In this document: positions 62,235 through 64,000 of the stretch, piece after piece
Numbering within the stretch: the stretch's first letter is position 1
Layout: every line of letters starts with the position of its first letter
Assembly: GCF_026210795.1 (NCBI RefSeq)
Contig: NC_089432.1
Location: 4,960,001-5,024,000, forward strand
Direction of reading: 5' to 3'
Length of the DNA: 64,000 bases
Source: Rhizophagus irregularis
Taxonomy: Eukaryota
The notes under the pieces: generated by a model
What the model saw: only the letters and a program-made list of their open reading frames with translations
Told to the model about the DNA's origin: nothing
Database searches by the model: none
Translations under genes and position numbers: made by a program

Positions 62235-64000
62235 ATGTCTGATAATAAGCAAATGCAAAATACCGAAAATACAAATGAATGGATTAATTGGATTGAAGAA
62301 GCTATTGTTAAAGAACATTTAAAATATTACGAATACAAAGAATTTAGTAACTTTCAAGAAATTGGTACCGGAGGTTTTGGAAAAGTGTATCGTGCAAAGT
62401 GGAAAAACTTAGAAAAAAGTTTTGCCTTGAAATCTTTTTTTAGTCTTAATAATATCACTATGAAAGAAATTGTTCGTGAGGTAATTTAATATTATAATTA
62501 ATTTTTTTTTTTTACTCTATAATTTTTTAGTATTATTATATTTATTTTAAAAACTTGAATTTATTTAGTTAAAAATTCAACGTGAAGTTGATTTTCATGA
62601 TAATATTATTCGTTGCCATGGAATAACAAAATTTGAATCGGGTATTTATATAAAGATACTTTAGTAATAAATATAATCTTTTAAGATTTTATTCACAAAA
62701 TTGCATTTCAATAATGATATTTTTTTTTTTAGAAAATCATCTTAATAATAATTATATGTTGGTAATAGAATACGCTGACGGTGGCAGTCTTCGAAATTAT
62801 TTAAAGGAAAATTTCGGTGAACTTACCTGGGACGATAAGTACCTTATGGCGTATCAGTTAGCTTGCGCAGTATCATGCTTGCATGATGAGAAGATTATTC
62901 ATCGTGACTTGGTAATTATTATTTTAGTCATTTTTAGGTAATTCAATGTTTGTATTTATTCATTTAGCACGCACTCTTTAATAGCACTCTGGCAATATAT
63001 TAGTCCATAAAAACACGATCAAATTAGCGGATTTTGGTCTATCAAAAAGAATTGGAGCATCGTCCAACTTTCAATCTAAATTATTTGGGATGGTTCCTTA
63101 TGTTGATCCAAAAAGTTTTAGCAGACGAAGAAATAATAATCAAATGTTTACATTAAATGAAAAAAGTGATGTTTACAGTGTTGGCGTATTATTATGGGAA
63201 ATTTCTAGTGGACAACCTCCTTTTTATGCTGAAGATGAACATTATGACGTTGGATTAATTTATGACATTTCACAAGGTCATAGAGAAACGGTTGTTCCCG
63301 ACACCCCCGAAGATTATATAAAAATTTATACTAGTAAGTAAAATTAATTTAAATCTAACTAGAGCTATTATTTTAATAAATTTTAAATTATATTTTTAAT
63401 TGTTTTAGAATGTTGGGACGGTGAGCCTGATAATCGACCTACTATTTATCAAGTAGTTGATTGGTTAAAAGCAAAGATTACAAAAACAGATATAATAACG
63501 GAAAATCCTCAATTATCAGATGAACAAGAACTTAATGAGGTTCCTTTAAGCACCAATAATTCAGAATCACAAGGAGATTTATCTCAACTTATCCAAAATT
63601 TTAATAAAATGAATACAAAAGAAATTGATAATATAGTAGTATCAAGTGAGCAAGAGATACTTTTAAATGAAAAGGATTTAAAGGATTTTAACAGAAAAGA
63701 TTTTAGCATTATAGTTGATGAAATAAATGATTTAATTTATAAATTATGTAATAAAGGAATTGAATGGAAATTAGTAAGAGAGCAAGTTATTGAATATTTT
63801 AATAATTATAATACAAATTCACAAGAAATTAATAATTGGTTATTAAATAATCAAAATAATTCAAATTCCATTTTTTTACTTGGATATTTTAATTTTTATG
63901 TAATTGAGACAAGCCGAAATTATGAGAAAGCATTTAAATTATTTATTAATTCATCAGAAAAAAATCATATATTAGCACAATCTTTTGTTGGTGGATGTTA
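62235..64000 (+). CDS. Kinase plus Sel1-like repeat protein, copy K7 (continues beyond the window)
   Basis: Exons as in paralogs; GTGGFG, ALK, HRDLHSGN, ADFGLS; no stop seen up to the window end. Confidence 0.85.

Overview
Very AT-rich eukaryotic DNA with short GT-AG introns, most consistent with an arbuscular mycorrhizal fungus (Glomeromycotina, Rhizophagus-like; inferred from composition and gene families, not from a search). The backbone is a tandem array of seven 5-exon TKL-type kinase/Sel1-repeat genes: four apparently intact, one running off the window end and two pseudogenes. There are also remnants of other kinases and a decayed ubiquitin plus ADP-ribosyltransferase-like gene. Transposons, many nested, fill the intergenic space and a ~19 kb nest at 42.4-61 kb. 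Main highlights: (1) a full-length P-superfamily DNA transposon (~80 bp TIRs, 7 bp TSD) whose mutated transposase has an apparent tandem Agenet/Tudor module inside its catalytic core and a RAMA-like N-terminal domain instead of THAP; (2) two families of tailed, TSD-flanked retroposons that encode unrelated proteins but no reverse transcriptase and share a 5' signature GG(A)nCTCTTTCCC, with a downstream GCAGTAA in three copies; (3) a 1.2 kb hAT foldback element built from six dyad sites and spacers in both orientations; (4) repeated independent insertions beside one conserved kinase-promoter box. Coordinates were read by eye and may be off by a few bases; domain calls come from motif recognition, not HMM searches.
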